Assembly: GCA_043821365.1 (NCBI GenBank)
Contig: JBDRCX010000002.1
Span: 96,001-160,000, forward strand
Direction of reading: 5' to 3'
Source: Candidatus Micrarchaeota archaeon
GTDB taxonomy: Archaea; Micrarchaeota; Micrarchaeia; Anstonellales; Bilamarchaeaceae
DNA: 64,000 bases
The position numbers were made by a program, and so were the translations under genes. The notes under the pieces are model-generated. The model had not been told where the DNA came from. It ran no database searches and saw only the letters and a program-made list of their open reading frames with translations. Shown one piece after another: positions 8,237-17,761 of the stretch. Within the stretch, counting starts at the first letter, position 1, and every line of letters starts with the position of its first letter.

Positions 8237-10651
8237 ATGAGAATATTAACAATTCATGCAGATTACATAGAAGTAGAACCAATGAAGAAGGCAATAAAGG
8301 ATGCAGAAGAACTGAAGCATAAAGGAAAAGAAAGATTCGATGAAGTTCTTGTTGTATTTACTGCCGTAGAAAAAGATGATGATGAAAACAGTGGAGAAAG
8401 GCTTGCTAATGAGACAAAGTCAGTTGCTGATCAAGTCAAAACAAAAAAATTATTACTATATCCTCTTGTTCACCTAACATCAAAACCATCCTCTCCATCA
8501 CTTGCAAAAAAAGTTATGGCAAAAGCAGAATCAATCCTTAAAGAACAAGGATTCGAAGTTTCCCACTCTCCTTTTGGATGGTACAAAGGTTATACACTCA
8601 AGTGCAAAGGTCACCCACTTTCTGAACTATCAAGAGAGTTTTATGCTAGTGAAACAGCAGAAATATCTAAGGAATTAGTATCTGATAATAGCACATACAA
8701 AAAATTGATGGACTTTCTTAACCAAAATAAGGCCACCTACAAGCTTATTGATCATCCACCCGAGGGCAGAACAGCAATAGTAAGTAAGATGAGAGGCAAC
8801 CTGCTTTCTCAGGCAGCGCATTGTATAATAGTAATGATAGATGTTGGAAAGAACAAGAAGAAATATATTCTAGCTGTTGTTCCTGGGGATTCCAGAGTGG
8901 ATATGGACGCAGTCAAATTATTATTTAACGGTTCCTATGCCTCTTTTGCTGATAAGGAGACTGCTGAGAGATTATCTGGAAGTATCTCAGGAACAATCCT
9001 ACCGTTTACTTTTAACCAAGAACTAGAACTAGTGGTGGATCCGAGATTGTTGGAACATGATGAACTATTCTTTAATGCAGCCCGTTTGGATAAGTCTTTG
9101 ATACTAAAGTCAAGCGACTACAAACGCATTGCTAAGCCTACGATAAAGTCAATATCTGTGATTTCTGAGGAAGGAGAAAAAGATGTTAGCAATGCCTTTA
9201 AAGCCGAGAAGAAGCTTGTGTCGATTTTTCATATTCTTGACAGCGAGGGAGAAGTACACAAGATTGAATATGACAAGGAAAAGAAGAAATTTGCTGGTTT
9301 CGACTTCTCAAACCATGAGAACCTGAAGAAATTTGCATCATATGAGATGGCCAAGGATAGGGCAGTGAATGAAGAACCACCACACGTGGCTCTGATGAAA
9401 AAGCACGAACTGGTGGATTATGAGCCTGGTTCTGATCCTGGAAATCTTAGATATTATCCAAAAGGACGTTTCATGAAAGGTCTTATTGAGAGATATGTTA
9501 CCCAGGTTGTGAAGCAGAATGGTGGAATGGAAATCGAATCACCAATCATGTATGATTTTGAACATCCTTCACTGAAAAGCTATCTTAACAGATTCCCTGC
9601 AAGACAGTATACAATTGAAACGCCCAACAAAAAGGTGTTCTTAAGGTTTGCTGCATGCTTCGGTGGCTTCCTTATGGCACATGATACTAACATTTCCTAT
9701 AAGCAGCTTCCTGTGTGGCTCTACGAGCTTACTAGATATAGCTTTAGGGTGGAGCAAAGAGGAGAGCTGACTGGTTTGAGGCGGTTGAGGTCATTTACTA
9801 TGCCTGATTGCCATGCATTCTGCAAAGACGAGGGACAAGCAAAAGCTGAAATAATAAGAAGGTTTGAAATGAGTAGGGAAATGCAGAACAAGATGGGTAT
9901 AAATTCCAAAAACGATCTTGAATTCGCAATAAGGGTAACACGACAGTTTTATGAGAAAAATAAGGAATTTCTTGTCGATCTGGTGAAGCGGTGGGGCAAA
10001 CCAACACTTCTTGAAATGTGGGACGAACAGTTTTTCTACTTCGTATTTAAGTATGAATTTAATTTTGTTGACAATCTTGGCAAGTGTTCTGCACTTACCA
10101 CTGATCAAATTGATATCGAGAACGCAAAAAGATACGGAATTGAGTACGTTGACGAGAATGGAGAAAAGAAGAACCCATTAATATTACATCTTTCTCCATC
10201 TGGTGCAGTTGAAAGAATAATATATGCACTGCTTGAAAAAGCAGCATTTGATATGAAAAAAGGTAACGTCCCCAGCCTTCCATTGTGGCTATCGCCAACG
10301 CAGATCCGCATAATCCCAGTTTCAAAAGAGAAACATCTTAATTTCAGCGAAAAACTAGCAGAAAGAATTTCAAATATGGATATCCGAGTTGATGTTGATG
10401 ATCGAGATGAAAGCGTTGGTAAAAAGATACGAAATGCTGGCCAGGAGTGGACTCCTTATACCATTGTAGTTGGTGACAAGGAAATTGAGAGCCAAGATAA
10501 ATTTATGGTAAGGGACAGGGAAAATAACCAGGAAAGAGAAATGCACATTGAAGAGTTGGTAAAAACAATAAAAGAAAAAACAGAAGGAATGCCTTTTGAT
10601 ACTCTTCCACTTCCGAGGAACTTAAGCAAGCGAATTATTTTTGTTGGTTGA
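8237..10651 (+). CDS. thrS: Threonyl-tRNA synthetase, archaeal type, with inserted YbaK/YeaK(ProXp-y)-like domain
   Basis: Archaeal editing domain (PFGWYK, CKGHPLSELSR); core motifs YYPKG, RFAACFG, YELTRYSFRVEQRGE, LRRLRSFTMPDCH, GAVER; anticodon domain GKKIR; 804 aa because of the insertion at about 8690-9160. Confidence 0.95.
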   Translation: MRILTIHADYIEVEPMKKAIKDAEELKHKGKERFDEVLVVFTAVEKDDDENSGERLANETKSVADQVKTKKLLLYPLVHLTSKPSSPSLAKKVMAKAESILKEQGFEVSHSPFGWYKGYTLKCKGHPLSELSREFYASETAEISKELVSDNSTYKKLMDFLNQNKATYKLIDHPPEGRTAIVSKMRGNLLSQAAHCIIVMIDVGKNKKKYILAVVPGDSRVDMDAVKLLFNGSYASFADKETAERLSGSISGTILPFTFNQELELVVDPRLLEHDELFFNAARLDKSLILKSSDYKRIAKPTIKSISVISEEGEKDVSNAFKAEKKLVSIFHILDSEGEVHKIEYDKEKKKFAGFDFSNHENLKKFASYEMAKDRAVNEEPPHVALMKKHELVDYEPGSDPGNLRYYPKGRFMKGLIERYVTQVVKQNGGMEIESPIMYDFEHPSLKSYLNRFPARQYTIETPNKKVFLRFAACFGGFLMAHDTNISYKQLPVWLYELTRYSFRVEQRGELTGLRRLRSFTMPDCHAFCKDEGQAKAEIIRRFEMSREMQNKMGINSKNDLEFAIRVTRQFYEKNKEFLVDLVKRWGKPTLLEMWDEQFFYFVFKYEFNFVDNLGKCSALTTDQIDIENAKRYGIEYVDENGEKKNPLILHLSPSGAVERIIYALLEKAAFDMKKGNVPSLPLWLSPTQIRIIPVSKEKHLNFSEKLAERISNMDIRVDVDDRDESVGKKIRNAGQEWTPYTIVVGDKEIESQDKFMVRDRENNQEREMHIEELVKTIKEKTEGMPFDTLPLPRNLSKRIIFVG

Positions 10652-10788
10652 TATTGCATCTTTCCTTGCCGAGCAGCAGTTATCATAATTTTTTCTTTTC
10701 TATTCGTAAGGTTCTAATTAGTCGTGTCTTTCGGTAAATAAAAATGGTTCTGATTTTCCGAGCATAAAACCTCTCTTTAAAATAATTC

Positions 10789-12618
10789 ATGATACAATTC
10801 TGCCCTATGGCGGGTAGGCTAGTCAGTGCTTTTGATGCAAGACCAAATTCAAAACAACGAAATATGCAATTTGATGGTGCACCACTAGTTGAAAGAAATC
10901 TTACTTTGGTTAATAGATTTGGTGAACAAAGGTCATTACGTGGTCTTGTTCCCTTGGGTATTGATAAAGTCGAAGAGGTTCAATTTATTCTTTCACAAAA
11001 CGGTGGTACCTGCAATATTGAAAAAGGAACCGGTGATCTATCAGAGTTTACGTGGATAAAAAGCATTGCATTAAGTGATGGGTTTACTGTTGCTGATTGG
11101 CTTCAAATAAGAAACAGAAGTATGGAATTTGAGATTGGCAGATTGAAAGACGGCCGTTCTTTTTGGGAGAATGCCAACACACTAAAAGTCAAAGAAGCAG
11201 GTGCAACTGTTATTACAGAAGATTATGGTATGACTGCAGAATTGCCTGATACTAGTGACATACTAAATGGAAAGAAAGCTTGCGGAGGTTGCGGAGGGGA
11301 CATGTCAAAAGATTCCCTTGAAGCTGCCAGAATTGCCATAAGATATGGTTGGGATAGGGATGAATTTTCTGTCAATCCTGATACAGGCGAAGTAAAAGAG
11401 CAAGCAAAATATGCTGATGGTCTTGCAATCTCTATTGATGTAACTCAAATAATTCCAGGCCCTAATAATCCTATTGTTCAAGATGTATATACAAAGTCTA
11501 ATGAGACTGGCGGGTTTGGAAATGGGTTATTAGTAAAATTACTTCTTAGTAGCCAATCTTCTGAAGAAAGCTTCAGAAACCAACCTGTTATATTAACCTC
11601 TCCAATACCAGTCACCCAGACTGATGTTCCAAAACCAGAGAAACAAATGTGTGAACAATACACACCAGAAGAGTCTATGATCTTACGTTTATTGATGAAT
11701 CCAACAGAAAGAAAATTATGGGGGCGTCTTTATGGTCTTCCTGATGATGAAGCTTCCCCTATTGTTCTTGAAAAACTCGTTCTACAATCCCTTCAAACAA
11801 TAAGAGCACCAACTCCACTATCAGTTCAACATCAAAAACAATTACCAACAAAGTCCCAAGATGAAGACAAACCAGTACAACAACCAAAACTCCCAAGATT
11901 AGTTTTCTCATCAATTAAAATAGATACAGAATCCAAACCACAAGAAGTTTCATCAAAACAAAAACATCCGGTGCAAGTCTCAACTCAACAACATTTTCAA
12001 AAACCAAAATCACCAGGAATAAAACAAAAACCAGTTAGAACTAAAACACCCAAGAAAAAACCAGTTTCTGAATTGGAATCAACAAGAACAAACAAAAAGA
12101 GGCATGAAATACGTGATGCCGAACCTACTGGAAAAATACCAAAATCAAGAAAGGCTCCAAAACCAGTTAGTCTGGATGAAGTAAAGGACGAAACTAAAAA
12201 ACCAAAAAGAAGAAAATCTACGAAGAAAACATCAGACGAGCTGGAATCTACTAAAAAACTATCAGATGAAAAGAAAAAAGCTAAAAAAAGAAAACACCCA
12301 GAACCAGAAATCGAAGGAATTCAAAAGAAAGAAAAAAAGGCAAGAAGAATCAAGAAACAGTTGGAATCACCAGAGCCTCTAAAGAAACAAAAAACCAAAA
12401 GAATAAATGATCAAATGGAACAAGATGAAAAAACCAGAAAAAAATCAAAGATCCATCATCCAGCAGCATCAAAAAGAAAATCGAATAATCCTAAAAACCA
12501 TACTTTAGCAAAGAAAAAAAGACGTAAAAAACGAGTTAGTCGCTACTATCTATTAGATATGCTTGGAGTTATAAATAAAAGAAAAAAATCTAATGGAAAA
12601 GTAGTGGTAAGAAATTAA
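10789..12618 (+). CDS. Hypothetical protein: globular N-terminal half, Q/P-rich linker, long Lys/Arg-rich low-complexity tail
   Basis: 609-aa ORF with a CGGCGG motif; last about 220 aa dominated by K/R/E/S/P. Confidence 0.7.
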   Translation: MIQFCPMAGRLVSAFDARPNSKQRNMQFDGAPLVERNLTLVNRFGEQRSLRGLVPLGIDKVEEVQFILSQNGGTCNIEKGTGDLSEFTWIKSIALSDGFTVADWLQIRNRSMEFEIGRLKDGRSFWENANTLKVKEAGATVITEDYGMTAELPDTSDILNGKKACGGCGGDMSKDSLEAARIAIRYGWDRDEFSVNPDTGEVKEQAKYADGLAISIDVTQIIPGPNNPIVQDVYTKSNETGGFGNGLLVKLLLSSQSSEESFRNQPVILTSPIPVTQTDVPKPEKQMCEQYTPEESMILRLLMNPTERKLWGRLYGLPDDEASPIVLEKLVLQSLQTIRAPTPLSVQHQKQLPTKSQDEDKPVQQPKLPRLVFSSIKIDTESKPQEVSSKQKHPVQVSTQQHFQKPKSPGIKQKPVRTKTPKKKPVSELESTRTNKKRHEIRDAEPTGKIPKSRKAPKPVSLDEVKDETKKPKRRKSTKKTSDELESTKKLSDEKKKAKKRKHPEPEIEGIQKKEKKARRIKKQLESPEPLKKQKTKRINDQMEQDEKTRKKSKIHHPAASKRKSNNPKNHTLAKKKRRKKRVSRYYLLDMLGVINKRKKSNGKVVVRN

Positions 12619-13945
12619 GTGCAAAGAAAAACAAAGCACCATAGCTTACTAATTTCACTATTGTTTTGTTTTCCACATTAATGTCAATTATCCTGAAACC
12701 ATCAAACATTGGCACTGGTAGAATATTTACAGTACCAACAATGAAGTTAAGTGCAAGGCTCAATCCAACAAGGAGGTAAATGAACTGCAGTATTCCATTA
12801 TTATAATGGGCAGCAAGAGAGCTTTTGTAAATGGGATAATATTGTATTCCCACCTTACCTGTTTCATTAGCCATCATAGTTACGTCTCCCATATTCGTTT
12901 GGAATATAACTTCACTATTCGGAGTCAGATTCATGGGAGTATGATTATAGACGTTTAACAGTTCCCCATCTATACCATATATGACTGTTCCTGGTTCCAT
13001 TCCAGATACAACCAACAATCCTTCTTCTCTGAATGATCCTGTTGCAAAGAAAAATCCCATAAATAAAAAGAATAATACTACAGAAGTTATCAGATTTGCA
13101 GTTGGTCCAGCAACTAATACTCTAGTTTGCTTTTTTGCATCTACTTTCACTAGTTTCTTTTCATCAGGTTCTACAAAAGCACCTATCGGTATTATACCAA
13201 ATAAGACTATTCCAGATGATAAAACTGGGACTTTTGCAATTCTAGCTAAAACTGCATGTGCAACTTCATGCACAACCATGACTATTGCAAGAGCCAATAC
13301 TCCCTCTAAAAATGGTAAATTTATGCCAGGAAGTAAGAAAGTTCCACCAGCAGCAGTTTGGGATATGGTGTCTGTTCCAAAGAAAATGGTGGTTATCAAT
13401 GCCTTCAAAACAACAATACCATAAAAAACCAAACCAAAAACTATGAACAAGAACATTCCACCAACAAACAATATCCCACTTATGAGTAGCAATCCAAGAC
13501 TAGGGTCGTCTGTTAGTCCTGTTACTGTTTTCTCAGTCGCACCCACTTTTACTACATTTAATATGAACGACAAAGCAACAGGAGCAACAAATAACGATAG
13601 GAAAAATAATACAACTAAACCAGGAATTAAAGTTTTCCATGTTGTTGTTTTCTTCATTAGTAAAAGACTCAAAAGCCCATATGAAATAGAACTTCCAACA
13701 TCAGCTAGATAATTGAAAATTTTCTCGTGGTGGGCTAGTTTATCTATCCATACAATCCCTTTCTTACTTTTCAAAAGAACAAGACCAAGCTCACTTGAAA
13801 GCTTATATTTTTTGATAAGTATTTGGCTTACAGCCAACATTTCTATTACCACTAATACAAATTTGACTAGACCTGAAACCTCCAATTGCAGTATTGCATA
13901 AAACAATCCCAATGCTATGGCTATCAATAACAGAATAACAATCAT
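12590..13945 (-). CDS. Site-2 protease (M50 family) membrane metalloprotease
   Basis: HEVAH, GAFVEP, AGPTAN, NILPVPMFDG; multiple TM segments. Confidence 0.93.
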   Translation of the reverse strand: MIVILLLIAIALGLFYAILQLEVSGLVKFVLVVIEMLAVSQILIKKYKLSSELGLVLLKSKKGIVWIDKLAHHEKIFNYLADVGSSISYGLLSLLLMKKTTTWKTLIPGLVVLFFLSLFVAPVALSFILNVVKVGATEKTVTGLTDDPSLGLLLISGILFVGGMFLFIVFGLVFYGIVVLKALITTIFFGTDTISQTAAGGTFLLPGINLPFLEGVLALAIVMVVHEVAHAVLARIAKVPVLSSGIVLFGIIPIGAFVEPDEKKLVKVDAKKQTRVLVAGPTANLITSVVLFFLFMGFFFATGSFREEGLLVVSGMEPGTVIYGIDGELLNVYNHTPMNLTPNSEVIFQTNMGDVTMMANETGKVGIQYYPIYKSSLAAHYNNGILQFIYLLVGLSLALNFIVGTVNILPVPMFDGFRIIDINVENKTIVKLVSYGALFFFALNFLPLLFH

Positions 13946-13997
13946 AAATATGCTACGAAGTTAGGTCTTTTTATAGTTATGGAAGAATAGAATTATC

Positions 13998-14474
13998 ATG
14001 GCAGAGCTCTATTGTGACATTTGTGGGAATACTCCAGTCCGTGCTCAGATCTTGGTTGAAGGAGCCAAGATGTTAGCCTGTGGCAGGTGTATGAAAAGTG
14101 GGAAGGTAATAATGAGGCTTGATGAGGATGATGGTCTTCCAATTGCACGTCCAGCGCCAACCAATTTAGGTTCTAATGAGGAAATAACCGAGGGGTACGG
14201 TAGAATCATAATCAATGCAAGGGAAAAATCAGGACTACCAATAGCAGTTGTTGCAGAGAGAATAAAGGAAAAAGAAAGCTATCTTCATGCAATAGAACAC
14301 GAACGACTTTCACCAACCATGGCGGTTGCTAAAAAATTAGAAAAAGAACTTGGCATTAAGTTAATCGAAAAAGTTAGCAATACAATGGCACCGAGTGTTT
14401 CACCGTCCTCCAAAAACTTCCAACCTCTTACTCTGGGTGATATGGTGGATGCCAAAAAGAAAAAGGAGAAATAA
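13998..14474 (+). CDS. mbf1: Archaeal multiprotein bridging factor aMBF1
   Basis: N-terminal Zn ribbon (CDICG..CGRC) + HTH (AREKSGL...LEKELGIKL) + LTLGD tail. Confidence 0.9.
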   Translation: MAELYCDICGNTPVRAQILVEGAKMLACGRCMKSGKVIMRLDEDDGLPIARPAPTNLGSNEEITEGYGRIIINAREKSGLPIAVVAERIKEKESYLHAIEHERLSPTMAVAKKLEKELGIKLIEKVSNTMAPSVSPSSKNFQPLTLGDMVDAKKKKEK

Positions 14475-14567
14475 TGCTTTTAAGACATATTGGGGGGTTC
14501 ATCATGGGTAGTGGGTATATGATGGGGATAGAAAACCCCAAGAAGAAAAACGTAGAGGGTTTTCATC

Positions 14568-15605
14568 ATGGGTGTTGATTTAGGCGATCTTAGTGTAAAA
14601 CATCCTATTTCATTAGATTCACTTTCTGGCAAAGCAATTGCCATCGATGCATACAATATGCTTTATCAGTTTTTGGCATCAATACGTCAAGAAGATGGAA
14701 TGCCTTTAATGGACTTCAAAGGAAATGTAACTGCCCATTTGTCAGGTTTATTCTATCGTACTTGCAAACTTATGGAGAATGGAATCAAACCAATCTATGT
14801 TTTTGATGGCAAGCCAAATGTGATGAAAGGAAAAGTCCAAGCACAAAGATCAGAAATAAAGAAAAAGGCAGAGGAGAAATGGAAAGAAGCACTTGAACAT
14901 GGTAGGTATCAGGATGCAAAAAAATATGCTCAGGCAACTTCAAAATTAACTAAAGAAATGGTTGCTGAAAGCAAAATTCTTCTACAGGGAATGGGAGTCC
15001 CATTTGTCCAGGCATCTTCTGATGGTGAAGCACAAGCATCAATGATGGTTGAAAAAGGAATTGCATATGCAACTGCTTCTCAAGATTATGATGCCTTATT
15101 ATTTGGCTCAAATAGGTTAGTCAGGAATTTGTCAATAACTGGAAGACGAAAAGTCCCACGTCAGGATCGTTATATTCTTGTAGAGCCTGAAATGATTGAA
15201 CTTAAGGAAACACTTGCTTCTTTGGGCATCGGTAGAGACGGGCTGATATTTATCGGCATTCTACTTGGTACTGATTTCAATGATGGTGTGAAACGAGTTG
15301 GGCCTAAAACTGCACTAAAAATAGTAAAAGAAAATAAAACACTTGATTCTATTGTTGATTATGTAAAACAAAAATACGACTACCAATTTGAAGTTGATGC
15401 TGAAGATGTTTTCAATATCTTTCTTGATCCACCGTATGTTCAAGCGGATAATCTAAAATGGAATAAACTAAACACAGATGCTCTTACCAAGCTTCTTGTT
15501 GATCAACATGATTTCTCAAAAGATAGAGTTGGAAATACTCTAACCAATCTACAAAAAATTATGGACGAAAGATCTGCTCAGAGTAAATTAGACGAATGGT
15601 TCTAG
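14568..15605 (+). CDS. fen: Flap endonuclease 1
   Basis: IDAYN, YQFL, VFDG, DGEAQAS, SQDYD, GTDFN, C-terminal PIP box QSKLDEWF. Confidence 0.97.
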   Translation: MGVDLGDLSVKHPISLDSLSGKAIAIDAYNMLYQFLASIRQEDGMPLMDFKGNVTAHLSGLFYRTCKLMENGIKPIYVFDGKPNVMKGKVQAQRSEIKKKAEEKWKEALEHGRYQDAKKYAQATSKLTKEMVAESKILLQGMGVPFVQASSDGEAQASMMVEKGIAYATASQDYDALLFGSNRLVRNLSITGRRKVPRQDRYILVEPEMIELKETLASLGIGRDGLIFIGILLGTDFNDGVKRVGPKTALKIVKENKTLDSIVDYVKQKYDYQFEVDAEDVFNIFLDPPYVQADNLKWNKLNTDALTKLLVDQHDFSKDRVGNTLTNLQKIMDERSAQSKLDEWF

Positions 15606-15625
15606 TCCAAACCAGTGGTTTTCCT

Positions 15626-16186
15626 TTATCTGATCTTCTTTCCTTCAACCAGATCTATTATCGCTGACGGTCTTTTATACTTAGTTTCTCCACCATCAAC
15701 AGCCAAATTTGAACTTTCCAAAACTTTTTTATCAACTTCATCTAATCTATGTGCTGGTTTTTGTTTTGTTATATTAGCGCTAGTAGTGACTATTGGTTTA
15801 CCGAATCTTTTACACAAAAATATGCAAAATTCGTCTTCTGGAATTCTAATTCCAAGTTTGTTTCCTCTACTTGAGGCAATTTCTTTCTTTTTCTTAAGTA
15901 AAAACGTATATGGGCCAGGAAGTTTTTTTCTTATCGTTTCTTCTTGTTCCTTATTAAGTTTACAATATTCCTTTACCATATCCATATCTGCTACAATTAC
16001 TGAAAGGGGTTTTTCCTTTGCAATTTTCTTAATTTTATATACTTTTGCAACTGCTTTTTCCGATGTTGCATCGCAGCCAATACCGTAAACTGTGTCAGTT
16101 GGATAAATGAGTATTTTCCCTTGTTCTAAAACTTTTACTGCCTCTTCAATAGCCAGTGCAGTTTTTGCGTCTAAAATAAGAACCAT
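15626..16186 (-). CDS. sua5: L-threonylcarbamoyladenylate synthase (Sua5/TsaC)
   Basis: YPTDTVYGIGC, PGPYT, TTSANI motifs. Confidence 0.92.
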   Translation of the reverse strand: MVLILDAKTALAIEEAVKVLEQGKILIYPTDTVYGIGCDATSEKAVAKVYKIKKIAKEKPLSVIVADMDMVKEYCKLNKEQEETIRKKLPGPYTFLLKKKKEIASSRGNKLGIRIPEDEFCIFLCKRFGKPIVTTSANITKQKPAHRLDEVDKKVLESSNLAVDGGETKYKRPSAIIDLVEGKKIR

Positions 16187-17710
16187 TTAAACCCCAAAAT
16201 CCTTTTTAATTTGCTTTATTCCTAAGGCGGCTATGAGTTTACCCATTCGTGGACCTTTTGGTTTTGAAATAAGAGCATCATACACTTCTGCAAACATTTG
16301 TTTTGGCTCGATTGAATTTGTTTTTGCAAATTCAAATACCTTATTGTGTATTGCCAATGCATCCATTCCTTCACTAAGTTCACTAAAGAATTTTTTCACA
16401 TTCTCAGTTGCTGGTTTTGCATTTGGCTGATATTTGAATTTATATTCTTCCGGCATGAATCCTCTATTTACCCATTCTTCAATGTATTGACGTAAGTATT
16501 CAACTCCCTTCTCATCCTCAAGTATTTTGCCAACCTTATCCCAATCACCGTAAATTTGATAGTAAAGTAAAATATCCAGGAAAGACACAGTCCAATTTTG
16601 CTTATTAGTTGATAATTTAAACGCTATTGCCTTTTTTCTTTCTGATCTTTCAAGTTCGCCTTCTTTCTTTGCCAGTTCTGCTGCATTCTGAAACTCATCA
16701 TATATTTTGAGCATATTTTCTGGAGTCGGGTTAATATCTGTGTTTTCTTCTAAATCTGGCCTCAGAAGTATATACTTTACTATTTCTGGTGGCATGAGTT
16801 TAACTATCTCAGTCACACCCATACCGGTTCCTTTTGATTTTGAATATTTTTTTCCTTGGAATAGTATGAAACCATATCTGTATGGTATGTGATATTCTTT
16901 TTTCATAAGATCAAGAGTTACTACTTTGCAGGTGTCTTCGCTTCCTCCACGTGTATGGTGGTCTACTCCTGCACCCTCAATGGATGTACCGAATATCTGT
17001 TTCCATGTTGGCCAGTGTAATCTCCACACTATCTTGTACTTATGATCGCCTATAGCTGCACTTCCTTGATGGCCACATCCTTTTGTGTATTTTACATCCT
17101 TATCACAAACATACTCATATTTTTCTCCATCATGTGATAGAACTCTTGTTGTGGCAATCTTTCCACATTGTTGACAGATAGGCATTATTGGTGACCAGTC
17201 CTTTTTCTCTTGTTTTCCGCTAGTGTCTTCAATAATTTTTTTTGCTTCGTTCTCATGCTTCAAGAAAAATCTAGCATATTCATCGAATTTTCCTTTTTCA
17301 TAATATTCATTTATTCTTATTATATCGCAATCTATCTCGAATCGTTTTACCATCTCACGCGCTTCATCAAGATAATGATCTCCAAAACTTTTGCTTTTTC
17401 CAGTCGGGTCTGGCACATTACACAAAGGCTTCCCCAAGTGAGGTTCAAGTTGTTCTTTGTATTTTTCCATATCCAAAGGGACAGAATCAAATGCATCAAG
17501 AATATCTGCCACAAAATAAAATTCGCATTTTTTACCCTTACTTTCAAGCATCTTCTTTATTGTTGCAGGAAACAGAAATTCACATAAAGTTCCAAAGTGC
17601 AGGGGACCTGAAGTGGTCATACCACCGCTAATTACATATGGTTCTTTTTTCTCTTGTATAACTCTTTCTGCTAGCCATTCTGACCAATGCATGTGTTTTG
17701 TTTCTGTCAT
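16187..17710 (-). CDS. lysS: Lysyl-tRNA synthetase, class I
   Basis: TTSGPLHFG (HIGH-like), KLVWR-like KIVWRLHWP, GVDH, KYSKSKG (KMSKS-like), GPRMG. Confidence 0.93.
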   Translation of the reverse strand: MTETKHMHWSEWLAERVIQEKKEPYVISGGMTTSGPLHFGTLCEFLFPATIKKMLESKGKKCEFYFVADILDAFDSVPLDMEKYKEQLEPHLGKPLCNVPDPTGKSKSFGDHYLDEAREMVKRFEIDCDIIRINEYYEKGKFDEYARFFLKHENEAKKIIEDTSGKQEKKDWSPIMPICQQCGKIATTRVLSHDGEKYEYVCDKDVKYTKGCGHQGSAAIGDHKYKIVWRLHWPTWKQIFGTSIEGAGVDHHTRGGSEDTCKVVTLDLMKKEYHIPYRYGFILFQGKKYSKSKGTGMGVTEIVKLMPPEIVKYILLRPDLEENTDINPTPENMLKIYDEFQNAAELAKKEGELERSERKKAIAFKLSTNKQNWTVSFLDILLYYQIYGDWDKVGKILEDEKGVEYLRQYIEEWVNRGFMPEEYKFKYQPNAKPATENVKKFFSELSEGMDALAIHNKVFEFAKTNSIEPKQMFAEVYDALISKPKGPRMGKLIAALGIKQIKKDFGV

Positions 17711-17733
17711 AAAAATCTCTCTTGATTTTTATT

Positions 17734-17755
17734 ATTGATCGTCTCTACGATCAAT
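17734..17755. repeat. Perfect 9-bp inverted repeat (hairpin/operator) upstream of lysS
   Basis: ATTGATCGT-CTCT-ACGATCAAT. Confidence 0.6.
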
Positions 17756-17761
17756 GTCATT

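Noticed and set aside
14474-14578. 34-codon ORF and direct repeat TTCATCATGGGT (14498-14509, 14562-14573) before fen
   Set aside because: Short, no recognisable product; the repeat may be a local duplication of the start region. Not enough support
15615-16088. Antisense/shadow ORFs (this one, 22814-23272, 23330-23791, 51166-51642, 58795-59439 and many other 60-210 aa track entries)
   Set aside because: They lie opposite or inside well-supported genes and show the S/F/I-rich composition of antisense frames
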